Source: Alphaproteobacteria bacterium
GTDB lineage: Bacteria; Pseudomonadota; Alphaproteobacteria; UBA6615
Assembly: GCA_028279245.1 (NCBI GenBank)
Contig: JANQOE010000004.1
Span: forward strand, 31,724 to 95,723
Direction of reading: 5' to 3'
DNA length: 64,000 nt
Shown: positions 31,141 through 42,130 of the stretch, one piece after another
Layout of the letters: every line of letters begins with the position of its first letter
How positions within the stretch are numbered: position 1 is the first letter of the stretch
Position numbers and translations under genes: made by a program
The notes under the pieces: model-generated
The model's input: only the letters and a program-made list of their open reading frames with translations
Told to the model about the DNA's origin: nothing
Databases searched by the model: none

Positions 31141-32049
31141 CTAGGGCCGTTCGCTTGGGGGCCAGAGCCAGGCGGCGCCGCGGACGCCGCTCGAGTCCCC
31201 ATGGACCGGTGGCACCAATGGCGTATCGACATGATCGGAGAAGGCGTATTTCTGCCAGAGCTTGGGCACCTGGCGGTACAGCCGCCGGATGTTGCCCATG
31301 CCGCCGCCGAGGACGATCGCGTCCGGATCCAGGACGTTGACGATTGCGGCGAGGCCGCGTGCCAGGCGGTCCTCGTAGCGCTGCAGCGTTAGTTCGGCGG
31401 CCTCGTCGCCGGCTTCGGCGCGCTGGACAATCTCTTCGGCTGTTCGCTTCTCGCCGGTGGCGCGCTGATGGTCCCGTGCCATGCCGGGGCCGGAGAGAAA
31501 TGTCTCGATGCAGCCCTTCTTGCCGCAATAGCAGTCGGGGCCAGGTAACTCGTCAGGCGTCATCCATGGCAATGGGATATGGCCCCATTCGCCGGCTACC
31601 GCGTTCGGGCCGGTCAGGACGCGCTTGTTGATCGCGATGCCGCCGCCGGTTCCGGTGCCGACAATGACGCCGAAGACACAACCGGCATCCGCACCGGCCC
31701 CGTCCACCGCCTCTGACACGGCGAAACAATTGGCGTCGTTTTGGACCCGAACCTCCCGTTCCAGCTCGTGGCTGAGGTCCTTGTCGAGCGGCTTGCCGAT
31801 CAACCAGGTTGAGTTGGCGTTCTTGACAAGACCAGTCGCAGGGGAGATCGCACCCGGGATGCCGACGCCGACGGTGCCGCGTTCCTTGAGTTCGCGTTCG
31901 GCCCGCCGCACCAGCCCGACGATGGCGGCGACGGTGCCGTCATAATCGTCCTTCGGGGTGGCGATTCGCTCCCGATGGATCTCGCCGCCATTATCGGCGA
32001 GCGCGATGATTTCGATCTTGGTGCCGCCGAGATCTATGCCGATACGCAT
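31141..32049 (-). CDS. nagK: ROK-family N-acetylglucosamine kinase
   Basis: [13 protein letters not shown] ... GEWGHIPLP ... [15 protein letters not shown] zinc motif as in NagK. Confidence 0.75.
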   Translation of the reverse strand: MRIGIDLGGTKIEIIALADNGGEIHRERIATPKDDYDGTVAAIVGLVRRAERELKERGTVGVGIPGAISPATGLVKNANSTWLIGKPLDKDLSHELEREVRVQNDANCFAVSEAVDGAGADAGCVFGVIVGTGTGGGIAINKRVLTGPNAVAGEWGHIPLPWMTPDELPGPDCYCGKKGCIETFLSGPGMARDHQRATGEKRTAEEIVQRAEAGDEAAELTLQRYEDRLARGLAAIVNVLDPDAIVLGGGMGNIRRLYRQVPKLWQKYAFSDHVDTPLVPPVHGDSSGVRGAAWLWPPSERP

Positions 32050-32095
32050 GAACCTTTCCTCCGGCCGGTATACTGCCGCAGCCGGAGTCCGAGGG

Positions 32096-32374
32096 CTACC
32101 GCCGATACGGTTCCGGCAGGGAGAGAATGGCCGGGTCGGCCACGAACTGGTTGCTCAGGCCCGGCACCGGTTCGGTATAGCAATCGATGGCGGCGAGGGT
32201 CTGATAGCAAAAGCCCGGGTTCCGGCGGGCGAGCGTCGGGCTGCGCTCGGCGCTGGGGAACACCCAGCCCGCCGCGCGGATGTCTTCGTGGGTTGGCGCG
32301 AATACTCTCAAGGGGTTGCACGCGGCGAGGAGTAGAAGTGCTGCCGCCGCCGATAGTCTGAAGAGGGCCGACAT
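32096..32374 (-). CDS. Small predicted lipoprotein (hypothetical)
   Basis: Signal peptide with lipobox LLLAAC; 92 aa. Confidence 0.45.
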   Translation of the reverse strand: MSALFRLSAAAALLLLAACNPLRVFAPTHEDIRAAGWVFPSAERSPTLARRNPGFCYQTLAAIDCYTEPVPGLSNQFVADPAILSLPEPYRR

Positions 32375-32379
32375 GGCCG

Positions 32380-33390
32380 TTAGCTTATAGCTGTGGTCTC
32401 CTGGCCCGGCGCCTCATTGGTGGTATCGGTGCCGCTCGGATTTGATGGCTGTTGCCGTGGGTTGGGGCGAATGCCCTGCGCCTCCAGGTCCGGAACGGCC
32501 TGCTCAACCGCTATCTCACCGCAGTCGATCGCCTCCTCGGCCCGATGAAACTCAAGCAGGCCGATCTGGTGCAGGCCTGGTTCGATCAGTACGTCCGGCA
32601 TGTGTTCACGCAGGCGGCTACGCGTTAGCTCCTCCTGCATGATGTTCAGGGCGCTGACCAGGACATCCCAGAATTCGATGCTCCTTGCAGGCTCGCCGAA
32701 GAGTTGCTGGGCGAGCCGGGTGGCTTGGGACCGCAGTGGCTCGGGCATGTCCGCGGACAGGCGCTCAACCAGATCGCTGCGGGCTTTCGCACGCTTCTCC
32801 TTGCGGACGGATCGCCGGCCGATGCGATTACTGTTGATGTTTACCGCGATCACGATATCGGCGCCCAAGGCCCGGCAGAGGGAGACCGGGACCGGGTTGA
32901 CGAGGCCGCCGTCGACCAGATGCTCGTTGCCCTCGGCCACCGGGCTCAGGATGCCGGGGAAGGCGATTGCGGCACGGATACGCTCTGCCAGTGGTCCGTT
33001 CTCCAGCCAGATCTCCTCCCCGGTGCGGATGTTCGCGGCGGTGGTTCCGAACCGGATGGGGAGTTGCTCGATCGTGGCGTCCCCCAGCAGATCCCGTAGC
33101 AGCCGCATAAGCTTCTCGCCGCCGAGGAGACCGCCCGCGGACAATCGCACATCCAGGAGCCGGATGAGGTCGCGGCGGGTCAATCCGCGCGCCAGCCGTT
33201 CGAGCTGCCGGTCCGCGTCAACGGCATAGGCGGCGCCGACCAAAGCGCCGATGGAGCTGCCGCAGACGATACTTGGCTCGACGCCGAGTTTGCGGAGGGC
33301 CTGCAGGACGCCAATATGGGCCCAGCCGCGCGCCGCGCCGCTGCCCAGTGCGACCCCCACTGCGGGTTTTTCTCTTTGTTTAACACTCAT
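32380..33390 (-). CDS. Patatin-like phospholipase
   Basis: Oxyanion GSGAARG, nucleophile elbow GSSIG, catalytic DGG (LVDGGLVNPVP). Confidence 0.8.
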   Translation of the reverse strand: MSVKQREKPAVGVALGSGAARGWAHIGVLQALRKLGVEPSIVCGSSIGALVGAAYAVDADRQLERLARGLTRRDLIRLLDVRLSAGGLLGGEKLMRLLRDLLGDATIEQLPIRFGTTAANIRTGEEIWLENGPLAERIRAAIAFPGILSPVAEGNEHLVDGGLVNPVPVSLCRALGADIVIAVNINSNRIGRRSVRKEKRAKARSDLVERLSADMPEPLRSQATRLAQQLFGEPARSIEFWDVLVSALNIMQEELTRSRLREHMPDVLIEPGLHQIGLLEFHRAEEAIDCGEIAVEQAVPDLEAQGIRPNPRQQPSNPSGTDTTNEAPGQETTAIS

Positions 33391-33543
33391 GCGGTGTAAA
33401 CCGCCGGTTTTCCGATCCGGGGAGAGGGTGAGGCTTCGCCAGTATAGGAACCCTTAACCACGCGCTGATACGGTTTTGTAACGTTCTCGTTGGGAAAACC
33501 GAGGCGTAGCCGTACCTCAGGCGCGTCCACCAAGCAGGTCAAG

Positions 33544-33909
33544 ATGCCGAAGAAAGTTCTGATTGTTGAGGACAACGATCTCAACATGAAGCTGTTCCAC
33601 GACCTCCTCGAGGCGCAGGGTTACGACACGCTGCAGACCAAGGATGGGATGGAGGCCCTGAAGCTCGCGCGCGAGCATACGCCCGACCTCATCCTGATGG
33701 ATATCCAATTGCCGGAAGTATCGGGGCTCGAGGTCACCAAGTGGCTCAAGGAGGACGAAAGTCTTCGATCGATCCCGGTCATCGCCGTCACCGCATTTGC
33801 CATGAAAGGCGATGAGGAGAAGATCCGGCGTGGCGGCTGTGAGGCTTATATCTCCAAACCTATCTCCGTCCCGCAGTTTCTCCAGACTGTTCAGTCGTAC
33901 CTGAAATAG
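33544..33909 (+). CDS. divK: Essential single-domain response regulator DivK
   Basis: [31 protein letters not shown] ... [25 protein letters not shown] ... [29 protein letters not shown] is near-identical in pattern to Caulobacter DivK. Confidence 0.85.
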   Translation: MPKKVLIVEDNDLNMKLFHDLLEAQGYDTLQTKDGMEALKLAREHTPDLILMDIQLPEVSGLEVTKWLKEDESLRSIPVIAVTAFAMKGDEEKIRRGGCEAYISKPISVPQFLQTVQSYLK

Positions 33910-33919
33910 GGACGACCGC

Positions 33920-35317
33920 GTGCCTGCCCGTATCCTTGTCGTTGACGATGTCGAGGTGAATCGTCGGCTGCTTGAGGCGAAACTCTCGGTCGAATACTAC
34001 GAGATCATCACTGCGGAGAACGGCGCCGAGGCGCTGGAGCGGGCAAAAGCAGAACAGCCGGACCTCATTCTGCTCGATATCATGATGCCGGAGATGGACG
34101 GTTTTGAGGTCTGTCAGCGGTTGAAGGCGGATCCGGCGTTGACCCACATCCCTGTCGTCATGGTGACCGCACTGTCGGAGCAGAGCGACAAGATCAGGGG
34201 ACTTGAGGTCGGCGCCGATGACTTCTTGACAAAGCCGGTCGACGACTGGGCATTGCGTTCCCGCATTCGGTCGCTGCTGCGGCTCAAGATGGCATCCGAC
34301 GAATTGCTGCGGCGGCGGCAGACCGGCGCTCAGCTTGGCGTTGTTGACGACAGTCTGCTGGTCCGTGAGGTGACCGGGGCACGGGTGCTGGTCATCGATG
34401 ACAGTCCGTCGAAGGGCAAGATCCGCGATACTTTGGAAGCCCAGGGCTACGAGGTCCAACTCGCCGAGGATGTCGCCGCGGGTCTTGAACTGGGGACGAA
34501 ACGGTCCTTCGATCTGGTGCTGGTCCGCCTGCGCCTGAGTAGCGGCGATCCGCTGCGGCTCTGCGCGCAGCTTCGGACGTCCGATGGCAGCCGGTCGGTG
34601 CCGATCCTGGTGATTGCCGACGCCGAGGATCGTGAACGGATCGAGAAGGCAATCGAGATCGGCATCAACGACTATTTCACCTCGCCGGTCGACCCGAGCG
34701 AACTGATTGCCCGTGTCCGGACGCAAGTTCGCCGCAAGAAGTACAATGACAAGCTGAAAGCCGACTATGAGCACGGCCTGGTCGCCGCTTTGAAGGATGG
34801 CCTTACCGGTGTCTACAACCGGCGTTACCTGGACACGCATCTGGACTCGCAGCTCAAGGATCAGGCGAGCAGTGGCCGGGAGATAACGGTGGTGATGCTG
34901 GATATCGATCACTTCAAGCAGATCAACGACACCCATGGCCATATGGCCGGCGACGACGTGCTGCGAGGGCTGGTTCCGGTGGTGCGGGAGTCGGTGCGTG
35001 ACTTTGACACTGTTGCCCGTTATGGCGGGGAGGAGTTCGTCGTCGTGCTGTCGGGCGATGGTCTCGATGTTGGGCAAAAGGTCGCTGAGCGGCTACGCGG
35101 CGCGGTTGCATCGACGCCGTTCGTCTCGGGCGATACGAGCCTCGAAGTCACCGTCAGTATCGGGGTGGCTGCGGGCCGACCAGGTGAGCACGCGACCGAC
35201 TTGTTAAGTCGAGCAGATGCGGCGCTTTATCGGGCGAAAGAAGCGGGTCGTAACAGGGTTGTGGCCGATGATGGCCAAGCTGAGCCGCTAGCGGCTACTT
35301 CATCTTCTGTTCTTTGA
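33920..35317 (+). CDS. pleD: Diguanylate cyclase response regulator PleD (REC-REC-GGDEF)
   Basis: Two receiver domains plus GGEEF active site (RYGGEEFVV); collinear with Caulobacter PleD (ARILVVDD[10 protein letters not shown] ...). Confidence 0.9.
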   Translation: MPARILVVDDVEVNRRLLEAKLSVEYYEIITAENGAEALERAKAEQPDLILLDIMMPEMDGFEVCQRLKADPALTHIPVVMVTALSEQSDKIRGLEVGADDFLTKPVDDWALRSRIRSLLRLKMASDELLRRRQTGAQLGVVDDSLLVREVTGARVLVIDDSPSKGKIRDTLEAQGYEVQLAEDVAAGLELGTKRSFDLVLVRLRLSSGDPLRLCAQLRTSDGSRSVPILVIADAEDRERIEKAIEIGINDYFTSPVDPSELIARVRTQVRRKKYNDKLKADYEHGLVAALKDGLTGVYNRRYLDTHLDSQLKDQASSGREITVVMLDIDHFKQINDTHGHMAGDDVLRGLVPVVRESVRDFDTVARYGGEEFVVVLSGDGLDVGQKVAERLRGAVASTPFVSGDTSLEVTVSIGVAAGRPGEHATDLLSRADAALYRAKEAGRNRVVADDGQAEPLAATSSSVL

Positions 35318-35462
35318 ACAGGACATGCTTCCGGGCGACCGGGTCGAACTTCTTTAGCTCAAGCTTTTCCGGGCGCTTCCGCGGGTTCCGCTTCGCCACG
35401 TAAAAGTAGCCGGTGTCCGCTGTGCTGGTCATCTTGACCAGGATCGTCGCTGGCTTCGCCAT
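35295..35462 (-). CDS. rpmG: 50S ribosomal protein L33
   Basis: Hand translation: [55 protein letters not shown] (55 aa), too short for the ORF track; overlaps the pleD 3' end convergently. Confidence 0.9.
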   Translation of the reverse strand: MAKPATILVKMTSTADTGYFYVAKRNPRKRPEKLELKKFDPVARKHVLFKEQKMK

Positions 35463-35525
35463 GGCTCAATATTCCCGTTTTCCGCAGGCCGGCTAACCTA
35501 GCCGTGCGCCTTCCGTTGTCAAGAG

Positions 35526-37091
35526 TTACCGCCGTGCGACCGACGGGGCCAGTGGCTCCAGGGACTGCCGGTAGAGACTGAGATCAGCCAGAATTGCTTG
35601 GGCCACTTCGAGGTCCGTTTCGGGGTTGCCGGCGGCCGATGGGCAGGCGCCGCGCAGGATCGCCAGATCCTCCTCGCCGGCTGCCTCGGCTTCGCGCCAG
35701 TCGGTCAAGACCTCTTGGGTCTCGGTGCTGCCGTCACGCAACTCGTTCACCACCCGGTTGGCGGCTGCGGTGGCTTCACCATCGCGCGTACAGACGTTGG
35801 GCAGGACCCCCAGGTCGTGCAGCCGGTAGCCGGTCGGCGCATGCAGCCGCGACCAGGTGAGGGTCAGTTCGCCGTTGTTGGGCAGCCGGTAGACCGTTTG
35901 GACGGTGCCCTTGCCGTAGGAGTTGGAGCCGATCACCACCGCACGCCCCAGGTCTTGTAATGCCGCGGCGACCACTTCGGATGCCGACGCGGAATCGCCG
36001 TTGATGAGGACGATCATCGGCCGTCCGTAGGCATAGTCCAGCCCGGACGCGCCGTACTCCTGGCGGCTATGGGGATGGCGGCCGCGGGTTTTGACGATAT
36101 CGCCGTCCCGCAGGAATACGTCCGCAACCTCTACTGCTTGGTCCAACAGGCCGCCCGGGTTGCCGCGCAGATCTAGTACAAACCCGTCGATAGTCGAACC
36201 ATGCTCCGCTTGAATTCGCGTGACCTCGCCGCGCACCTTGGCGGCGGTGCTTTGGTTAAAGCTCGAGACCCGAATGATCGCAGCGCGGCCTTCGACCCGT
36301 GCCTCGACGGTTGGTGGGACGATGCGCTTTCGCTGCAAGATCACGCTGTAAGGTGGGCCACCCGCTGCACGGTCGAGGGTGAGCCGGACCCGGGTGTTCA
36401 ACTGGCCCCGAAGTTGCCGGACAAGATCGCGCTGGCTCCAGCCGGCGATACGGGAGCTGTTCACAACCGTTAGCCGGTCGTCGGCCATGATTCCGGCTTC
36501 GTCGGCCGGGCCTCCGGGCACGACAGAGATGATGGTGGCGAAATCCTTCTCCATGCGGATCGTCACGCCGATTCCGCCAAAGCCTTCGCGCATTGCGCGG
36601 GCGTCTATGGCGTCGTCTAGACCCGCGTACCGAGAGAACTCGTCCAGTTTTCGCAAGGCGTGGTCGTAGACCACCTCGAATATCTCTTCTGCTTCTGCCT
36701 GGTTGAGTGAAGGGGACGCCGAGCGGGCGGCCTCGACAACGTCGGTCACCAGCCGGGCCCATTCGGACGGATCGCCATCCTGTGGGGTGGTTAGGGTTGC
36801 TACCGTGCGGCCACCGACAAGGACATCGATATCGAGACCATTGGGACGGGCCTCAATGGCGGGATCGATCTCCCGCAGCCCGTCCAGTCCGGCCAGAGCA
36901 AAGCCACGCATGTCCGGGCGTTCGACGTACCGGTGGTTGATGAACTCAAAGCCACTTTCGAAAACATCATTGGCGTAGCCGACGCTGTATTCGTAGGGCG
37001 GTGAGCTTAGGAAGCGTGCACACGCGGTGAGGAGGAGAGGGAGCAACAACAGGGCCGCGGCTCGCGATGACGAGCGCCAGAACATATACAT
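35526..37091 (-). CDS. ctpA: Carboxyl-terminal processing protease (S41)
   Basis: PDZ domain (GIGVTIRMEKDFATIISVVPGGPADEAG) and S41 catalytic region (FVLDLRGNPGGLL); N-terminal signal/lipobox. Confidence 0.85.
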   Translation of the reverse strand: MYMFWRSSSRAAALLLLPLLLTACARFLSSPPYEYSVGYANDVFESGFEFINHRYVERPDMRGFALAGLDGLREIDPAIEARPNGLDIDVLVGGRTVATLTTPQDGDPSEWARLVTDVVEAARSASPSLNQAEAEEIFEVVYDHALRKLDEFSRYAGLDDAIDARAMREGFGGIGVTIRMEKDFATIISVVPGGPADEAGIMADDRLTVVNSSRIAGWSQRDLVRQLRGQLNTRVRLTLDRAAGGPPYSVILQRKRIVPPTVEARVEGRAAIIRVSSFNQSTAAKVRGEVTRIQAEHGSTIDGFVLDLRGNPGGLLDQAVEVADVFLRDGDIVKTRGRHPHSRQEYGASGLDYAYGRPMIVLINGDSASASEVVAAALQDLGRAVVIGSNSYGKGTVQTVYRLPNNGELTLTWSRLHAPTGYRLHDLGVLPNVCTRDGEATAAANRVVNELRDGSTETQEVLTDWREAEAAGEEDLAILRGACPSAAGNPETDLEVAQAILADLSLYRQSLEPLAPSVARR

Positions 37092-37217
37092 GTGTGTTGC
37101 TTGCCCTTCCTTCTGATGATTGTGTGTTTCTTCTTAGTACTATTATCCGAGGCGGTGAAATAACTAAATCAAGCGCCGGTGAGATCGGCCCTTGGTTGGG
37201 TCATGGTTAAGACGGAA

Positions 37218-39410
37218 CTAACGCCGTCGGTGCTGGCGGCGGCCGGCCGTTCTCGGCGATTCGGCCAGTTCCAGGGTGATTTGGCCGGCGATCCCGACGA
37301 CCTCTCGCAGTCTGACGCTTAGCGGCTCCCCCAGGTGAAACATCTTGCCGGTGCGTTCGCCGGTCAGCGCGTGCCGTTTGGGGTCGTGGCGGTAGTAGTC
37401 ACCCGGGAGCAGGGACATGGGGAGCAGGCCGTCCGCCCCGGTTTCGTCTAGGCGGACGAAGAGACCGGCCCGGCTGACCCCGCTTATGGTGCCGCTCAAC
37501 ACTGTGCCGACCTGGTTTTCGAGGAACGCGGCCGCGTACCGGTCAAAGACCTCACGCTCGGCGCCGGCGGCCCGCCGTTCGGTTGATGAGATGTGGTCGC
37601 CGATCTGCTCAAAATCCTCGTCAGCACCCGGCAGCAAGCCATCGCCACCGAGATCAAGGGTGCGGATGATCGAGCGGTGGACCAGCAGGTCGGCGTAGCG
37701 CCGAATCGGCGAGGTGAAATGGGCGTAACGACCGAGGGCGAGGCCGAAATGACCGATGTTGTTGGGGCTGTAGGTGGCCTGCATTTGCGCGCGCAGGATC
37801 AACTGGCTGAACAACTCGGCGCGCGGCGTGTCCTTCACCCGACGCAGGACCGTGTTGAACAGGCTCGGATTGGGGCTGTGACCGCGTGGCACCCAGAAGC
37901 CATGCTCGTCCAACAGGGTGCGCAGGTCGTCGATCCGTTCCGGGTCGGGACGGTCGTGGACCCTGAACATGCAGGGTTGATTGCGCTGGGTCAGCAGTTG
38001 TGCCGCCGCGACGTTGGCTGTGATCATGAACTCTTCGATCAGTCGGTGGCTATCCAGCCGCGACACCGGGGCAATGCCAGCGACATGACCAGCCTCGTCG
38101 AGCCTGATCTTCCGTTCGGGCAGATCCAGGTCGAGAGGCTGGCGCTTGTGCCTGGCGGTCTGCAGCGCTTCGAAGGCCCCGTAGAGCGGGCGGATCACGG
38201 GGTCGAGCAGCGGGCCGGTCAGATCGTCGGGACGACCGTCATCGGCTGCTTGCACCTGCTGGTAGGTGAGCCGGGCCGCGGACCGCATGAGTCCGCGTTC
38301 GAATTGGAACTTCTTTACACCGCCGTGTTGGCCGATCCACAGGTGAACTGCGAGACAGGCTCGATCCTCGTTCGGGCGGAGCGAACACAAGCCGTTTGAG
38401 AGTTCCTCCGGCAACATCGGCACGACGCGGTCGGGGAAGTACACGGAGTTGCCGCGCCGGCGCGCCTCGCTGTCCAAGGCATCGTCCGTACGTACGTAGT
38501 GGGCAACGTCGGCAATGGCGACAACGATGTGCCATCCACTCTCGCTGGCCGGATCCCGTTCGGCAAATACGGCGTCGTCGAAGTCCCGCGCATCGGCGCC
38601 GTCGATGGTGACCAGAGGGATCGACCGCAGGTCGGTCCGATCCCCCAGGCCAGCCGGTTTGCAGCCCTTCGCTTGGGCAAGGGCGGCCGCGGGGAACTCA
38701 TGAGGGATACCAGCGTTGTGGATGGCGATCAGGCTGAAGGCCTTCGGTTCACTGGCGTTGCCGATCCGTTGCTGGATCTCGACCGAGGTCAGGCCCATGC
38801 GGCGGCCCGGCAAGACCCGGGCGAGCACCAGGTCGTCGTTCGCCAGTCCGTCGACCAAGCTTTCTCTGACATGGAACTCGTTGCGGCGGCCGGGCTCGGT
38901 GGCAATGACGCGGTCGCCTTGGGCCGTGTGACGAAAGAGGCCGACAAAGTCCTGGGTGGCGCCGTCGAGCCGCTTCATTGGGGTTGCGCTGTAGGTGCCG
39001 TCGGACTCCCGCCGCAGCCGGGCGAGCAGGCGGTCGCCAACGGCGGGGGCGCGGCCGGGCCGCGGTGCGGCGACGTTGATGACCGGTGGCGGCTGATCGT
39101 CCGACCAGCGGCTCGGCCGGGCTAGCAGCTCGCCGTCGACCGTTTGATCGGTGACCTCGATTACCGTCACTGATGGAAGGGTGCCGGCCAGCCTGACCCG
39201 CCGGTTCGCGCCCCGCTCGATTTCGCCCTCATCTTCCAGTTCGCGCAGCAGTGTCCGCAGTTCGGCCCGTTGCGCGCCGCGCAGGCCGAACTCGCGCGCG
39301 ATGTCGCGGCGCGTCACGCTGTCCTCGCGGCTGCGGATGTAGGTGAGAAGGGTTTGTTTGTCGGGGAGGCCGAGTTGCTGCGCGCGGGAACGGGCCAAGG
39401 GCGTGGTCAA
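37218..39410 (-). CDS. rnr: Ribonuclease R
   Basis: RNB catalytic domain plus C-terminal S1 domain and basic tail; TTG start overlapping the topA stop (TTGA). Confidence 0.9.
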   Translation of the reverse strand: MTTPLARSRAQQLGLPDKQTLLTYIRSREDSVTRRDIAREFGLRGAQRAELRTLLRELEDEGEIERGANRRVRLAGTLPSVTVIEVTDQTVDGELLARPSRWSDDQPPPVINVAAPRPGRAPAVGDRLLARLRRESDGTYSATPMKRLDGATQDFVGLFRHTAQGDRVIATEPGRRNEFHVRESLVDGLANDDLVLARVLPGRRMGLTSVEIQQRIGNASEPKAFSLIAIHNAGIPHEFPAAALAQAKGCKPAGLGDRTDLRSIPLVTIDGADARDFDDAVFAERDPASESGWHIVVAIADVAHYVRTDDALDSEARRRGNSVYFPDRVVPMLPEELSNGLCSLRPNEDRACLAVHLWIGQHGGVKKFQFERGLMRSAARLTYQQVQAADDGRPDDLTGPLLDPVIRPLYGAFEALQTARHKRQPLDLDLPERKIRLDEAGHVAGIAPVSRLDSHRLIEEFMITANVAAAQLLTQRNQPCMFRVHDRPDPERIDDLRTLLDEHGFWVPRGHSPNPSLFNTVLRRVKDTPRAELFSQLILRAQMQATYSPNNIGHFGLALGRYAHFTSPIRRYADLLVHRSIIRTLDLGGDGLLPGADEDFEQIGDHISSTERRAAGAEREVFDRYAAAFLENQVGTVLSGTISGVSRAGLFVRLDETGADGLLPMSLLPGDYYRHDPKRHALTGERTGKMFHLGEPLSVRLREVVGIAGQITLELAESPRTAGRRQHRRR

Positions 39411-42091
39411 TCCGCCTCGGCGGCCGCGCTTTGCCCCGCTTTTCCGGTCTTCGCCTTGGTAGTGCGCTTTGCTGCAGGCTTCTTGGTTGCCGTTTTCTTT
39501 GCGGCTGCCTTCTTCGGTTTGGCGGTTTTCGCCTTGGTGGTCGTCTTCTTGCGTCCGCCCTTGGCCGCCCGGGCGTCGAGCAATTCAACCGCTTGTTCCA
39601 GCGTCACCGTCTCGGGCTCTTGGCCTTTGGTGAGCGACGCGTTGATGCGACCGTGCTTCACGTAAGGACCGTAGCGCCCTGCATAGAGACTGACCGGTTT
39701 GCCATCCTTCGGATGGGCTCCGATTTCCCTGAGTGGTTTCGCGGCTTGACGTCCACCCCGGCTGCCCTTCTCGCCGATCAGGGTGACCGCACGGTTGATG
39801 CCGACCGAGAAGACCTCCATCGGGTCCTGCAACGAGACATAAGTTGTGCCGTGTTTGACGAACGGGCCGAAGCGGCCGATGCCCGCCTGCATCATCACCC
39901 CGTCTTCGGGATGGGCTCCGATATCCCTTGGCAATTGCAGGAGCTTGAGTGCCATCTCGAAATCGACATCGGCAACGGCGACGCCACGCGGGATCGAGGA
40001 TCGCTTCGGTTTGATCTTCTTCTTGCCGTCGAGTTCCTCTTCGCCAAGTTGGGCGTAGGTGCCGTAGGGCCCTTTTCGCAGGCTGACTTCTTTGCCGGTT
40101 GCCGGGTCGACGCCCAGCACCTTCGGCCCGGCCGCCATTTCCGCGTCATCGGCCCCGTTGCCGTTGTCGGTCAGACGGCGGGTGTACTTGCACTCCGGAT
40201 AGTTGGAGCAGCCGATGAACGGGCCGTGGCGCCCGACTTTCAGGCCAAGGCGGCCGTCGTCGCAACTTGGGCAGGAGCGTGGTTCGCTGCCGTCTTCCCG
40301 GACTGGAAAGAAATGCTGGCCCAGTTCGGCGTCGAGCGCGTCGATGACGGCGCGGGTGCGGAGCTCCTTGGTGCCGGCGGCGGTGGCCGAGAATGCCTCC
40401 CAGAAGTCGCGCAGAACCTGTTTCCAGTCGATGCGGCCGCCGGAGATGTCGTCAAGCTGTTCCTCCAGCTTGGCGGTGAAGTCGTATTCGACGTACCGCT
40501 TGAAAAAGCTCGTCAGGAACGAGGTGACGATGCGGCCCTTGTCCTGGGGCACGAACCGGCGGCGGTCGAGCACGACATACTCGCGGTCCTGCAGGACCTG
40601 GAGGATCGAGGCGTAGGTCGACGGGCGGCCGATGCCGAGCTCCTCGAGCCGGCGTACGAGGCTCGCTTCGCTGTAGCGCGGCGGCGGCTGCGTGAAGTGC
40701 TGGGCCGCGTCGATTGACTGTTTGTCTGCGGCGTCTCCTTCGTGCAGCAGCGGCAGGCGACGGTCATCGTCGTCCTTTGTGTCCTTGTTGCCGGTCTCGT
40801 CCTGGTCCTCGCGGTACAGCTTCAGGAAGCCATCAAAGGCGACGACCGAGCCGTTGGCGCGCAGCCGGATCTGTTGATCCGCGGACGGAAGGTCAACGGC
40901 GGTCTTGTCGAGTTCGGCGTCAGACATCTCGGCGGCGACGGTGCGGCGCCAGATCAGATCGTAGAGTTTCTTTTCGTCTTCCTTCAGCACGCTGGAAAGG
41001 CTGGCGGGGCGCCGGAAAAAGTCGGTCGGCCGGATCGCCTCATGGGCCTCCTGGGCATTCTTGGCCTTGGTCTTGTAGATGCGGGCGCTCTCCGGGAGAT
41101 AGCGGCCGCCGAAGTCCTCCGAGATCAGTTCGCGGCTGTTGCGAATGGCCTCTTGGCTGAGGACGACGCTGTCGGTTCGCATATAGGTGATGAGGCCTAT
41201 GGTCTCGCCACCGATATCGACACCTTCATAGAGCCGCTGGGCCACCCGCATGGTTTGGGTCGCGCTGAAACGCAGTTTGCGCGAGGCTTCCTGCTGCAAG
41301 GTCGAGGTCGTAAATGGCGGTTGCGGCCGGCGTTTGACCCGCTGCTTCTCGATCTTGCCGATCGTGAAACTCTGGGCGTCGATGGCGGCCTTCGCCGCGT
41401 TGGCATCGGCCTCGCTGCCCAGGGAGAATTTGTCGAGCTTATCACCGTTCAGGTGAGTCAGCCGGGCGACAAACGAGTCCCCGTCGGACGATTTCATGGC
41501 GACCGCGACGTCCCAGTATTCCTGGGGGTTGAAGATCTCGATCTCGGTTTCGCGCTCGCAGATCAGTCGCAAAGCGACCGATTGCACGCGGCCTGCCGAA
41601 CGGGCGCCGGGCAGCTTGCGCCAGAGGACCGGCGACAGGGTGAAGCCGACCAGGTAATCCAAAGCGCGGCGCGCGAGATAGGCCTCGATTAGTTCGCTGT
41701 GGAGTTCGCGCGGATGTCGGAAAGCGTCGCGTACGGCATCGGCGGTGATTTCGTTGAAGACGACCCGCTTGACGTCGATGCCCTTGAGGGCGGCCCGTTC
41801 CTTGAGGATCTCCTCAATATGCCAGGAGATGGCCTCGCCCTCGCGATCGGGGTCAGTGGCCAGGTAAAGGGTATCGGCGCCCTTGAGGGCGGCCACGATC
41901 TCCTTGACCGGCTTGTCGGAGCGGTCGGTGAGCTCCCAGGCCATGGCAAAGTCTTCGTCCGGCTGGACCGAGCCGTCCTTCGACGGCAGGTCCCGGACAT
42001 GGCCATAGGAGGCCAGCACCTTGTATCCCTTGCCGAGATACTTGTTGATAGTCTTGGCCTTAGCCGGAGATTCGACGACGACGACGTCCAT
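39407..42091 (-). CDS. topA: DNA topoisomerase I
   Basis: TOPRIM MDVVVVESPAKAKTI, active-site region, C4 zinc ribbons, Lys-rich C-terminal tail; 894 aa. Confidence 0.95.
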   Translation of the reverse strand: MDVVVVESPAKAKTINKYLGKGYKVLASYGHVRDLPSKDGSVQPDEDFAMAWELTDRSDKPVKEIVAALKGADTLYLATDPDREGEAISWHIEEILKERAALKGIDVKRVVFNEITADAVRDAFRHPRELHSELIEAYLARRALDYLVGFTLSPVLWRKLPGARSAGRVQSVALRLICERETEIEIFNPQEYWDVAVAMKSSDGDSFVARLTHLNGDKLDKFSLGSEADANAAKAAIDAQSFTIGKIEKQRVKRRPQPPFTTSTLQQEASRKLRFSATQTMRVAQRLYEGVDIGGETIGLITYMRTDSVVLSQEAIRNSRELISEDFGGRYLPESARIYKTKAKNAQEAHEAIRPTDFFRRPASLSSVLKEDEKKLYDLIWRRTVAAEMSDAELDKTAVDLPSADQQIRLRANGSVVAFDGFLKLYREDQDETGNKDTKDDDDRRLPLLHEGDAADKQSIDAAQHFTQPPPRYSEASLVRRLEELGIGRPSTYASILQVLQDREYVVLDRRRFVPQDKGRIVTSFLTSFFKRYVEYDFTAKLEEQLDDISGGRIDWKQVLRDFWEAFSATAAGTKELRTRAVIDALDAELGQHFFPVREDGSEPRSCPSCDDGRLGLKVGRHGPFIGCSNYPECKYTRRLTDNGNGADDAEMAAGPKVLGVDPATGKEVSLRKGPYGTYAQLGEEELDGKKKIKPKRSSIPRGVAVADVDFEMALKLLQLPRDIGAHPEDGVMMQAGIGRFGPFVKHGTTYVSLQDPMEVFSVGINRAVTLIGEKGSRGGRQAAKPLREIGAHPKDGKPVSLYAGRYGPYVKHGRINASLTKGQEPETVTLEQAVELLDARAAKGGRKKTTTKAKTAKPKKAAAKKTATKKPAAKRTTKAKTGKAGQSAAAEAD

Positions 42092-42130
42092 ACACGTGCT
42101 CTACTGCGCCAATCGCTCCAGATGGGGTGA

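Noticed and set aside
33860-35077. 405-aa minus-strand ORF covering pleD
   Set aside because: Antisense to the clearly conserved PleD reading frame.
37593-39125. 268-aa and 208-aa plus-strand ORFs inside rnr
   Set aside because: Antisense shadow ORFs.
39431-41692. 428-aa and 316-aa plus-strand ORFs inside topA
   Set aside because: Antisense shadow ORFs of topA; low-complexity.
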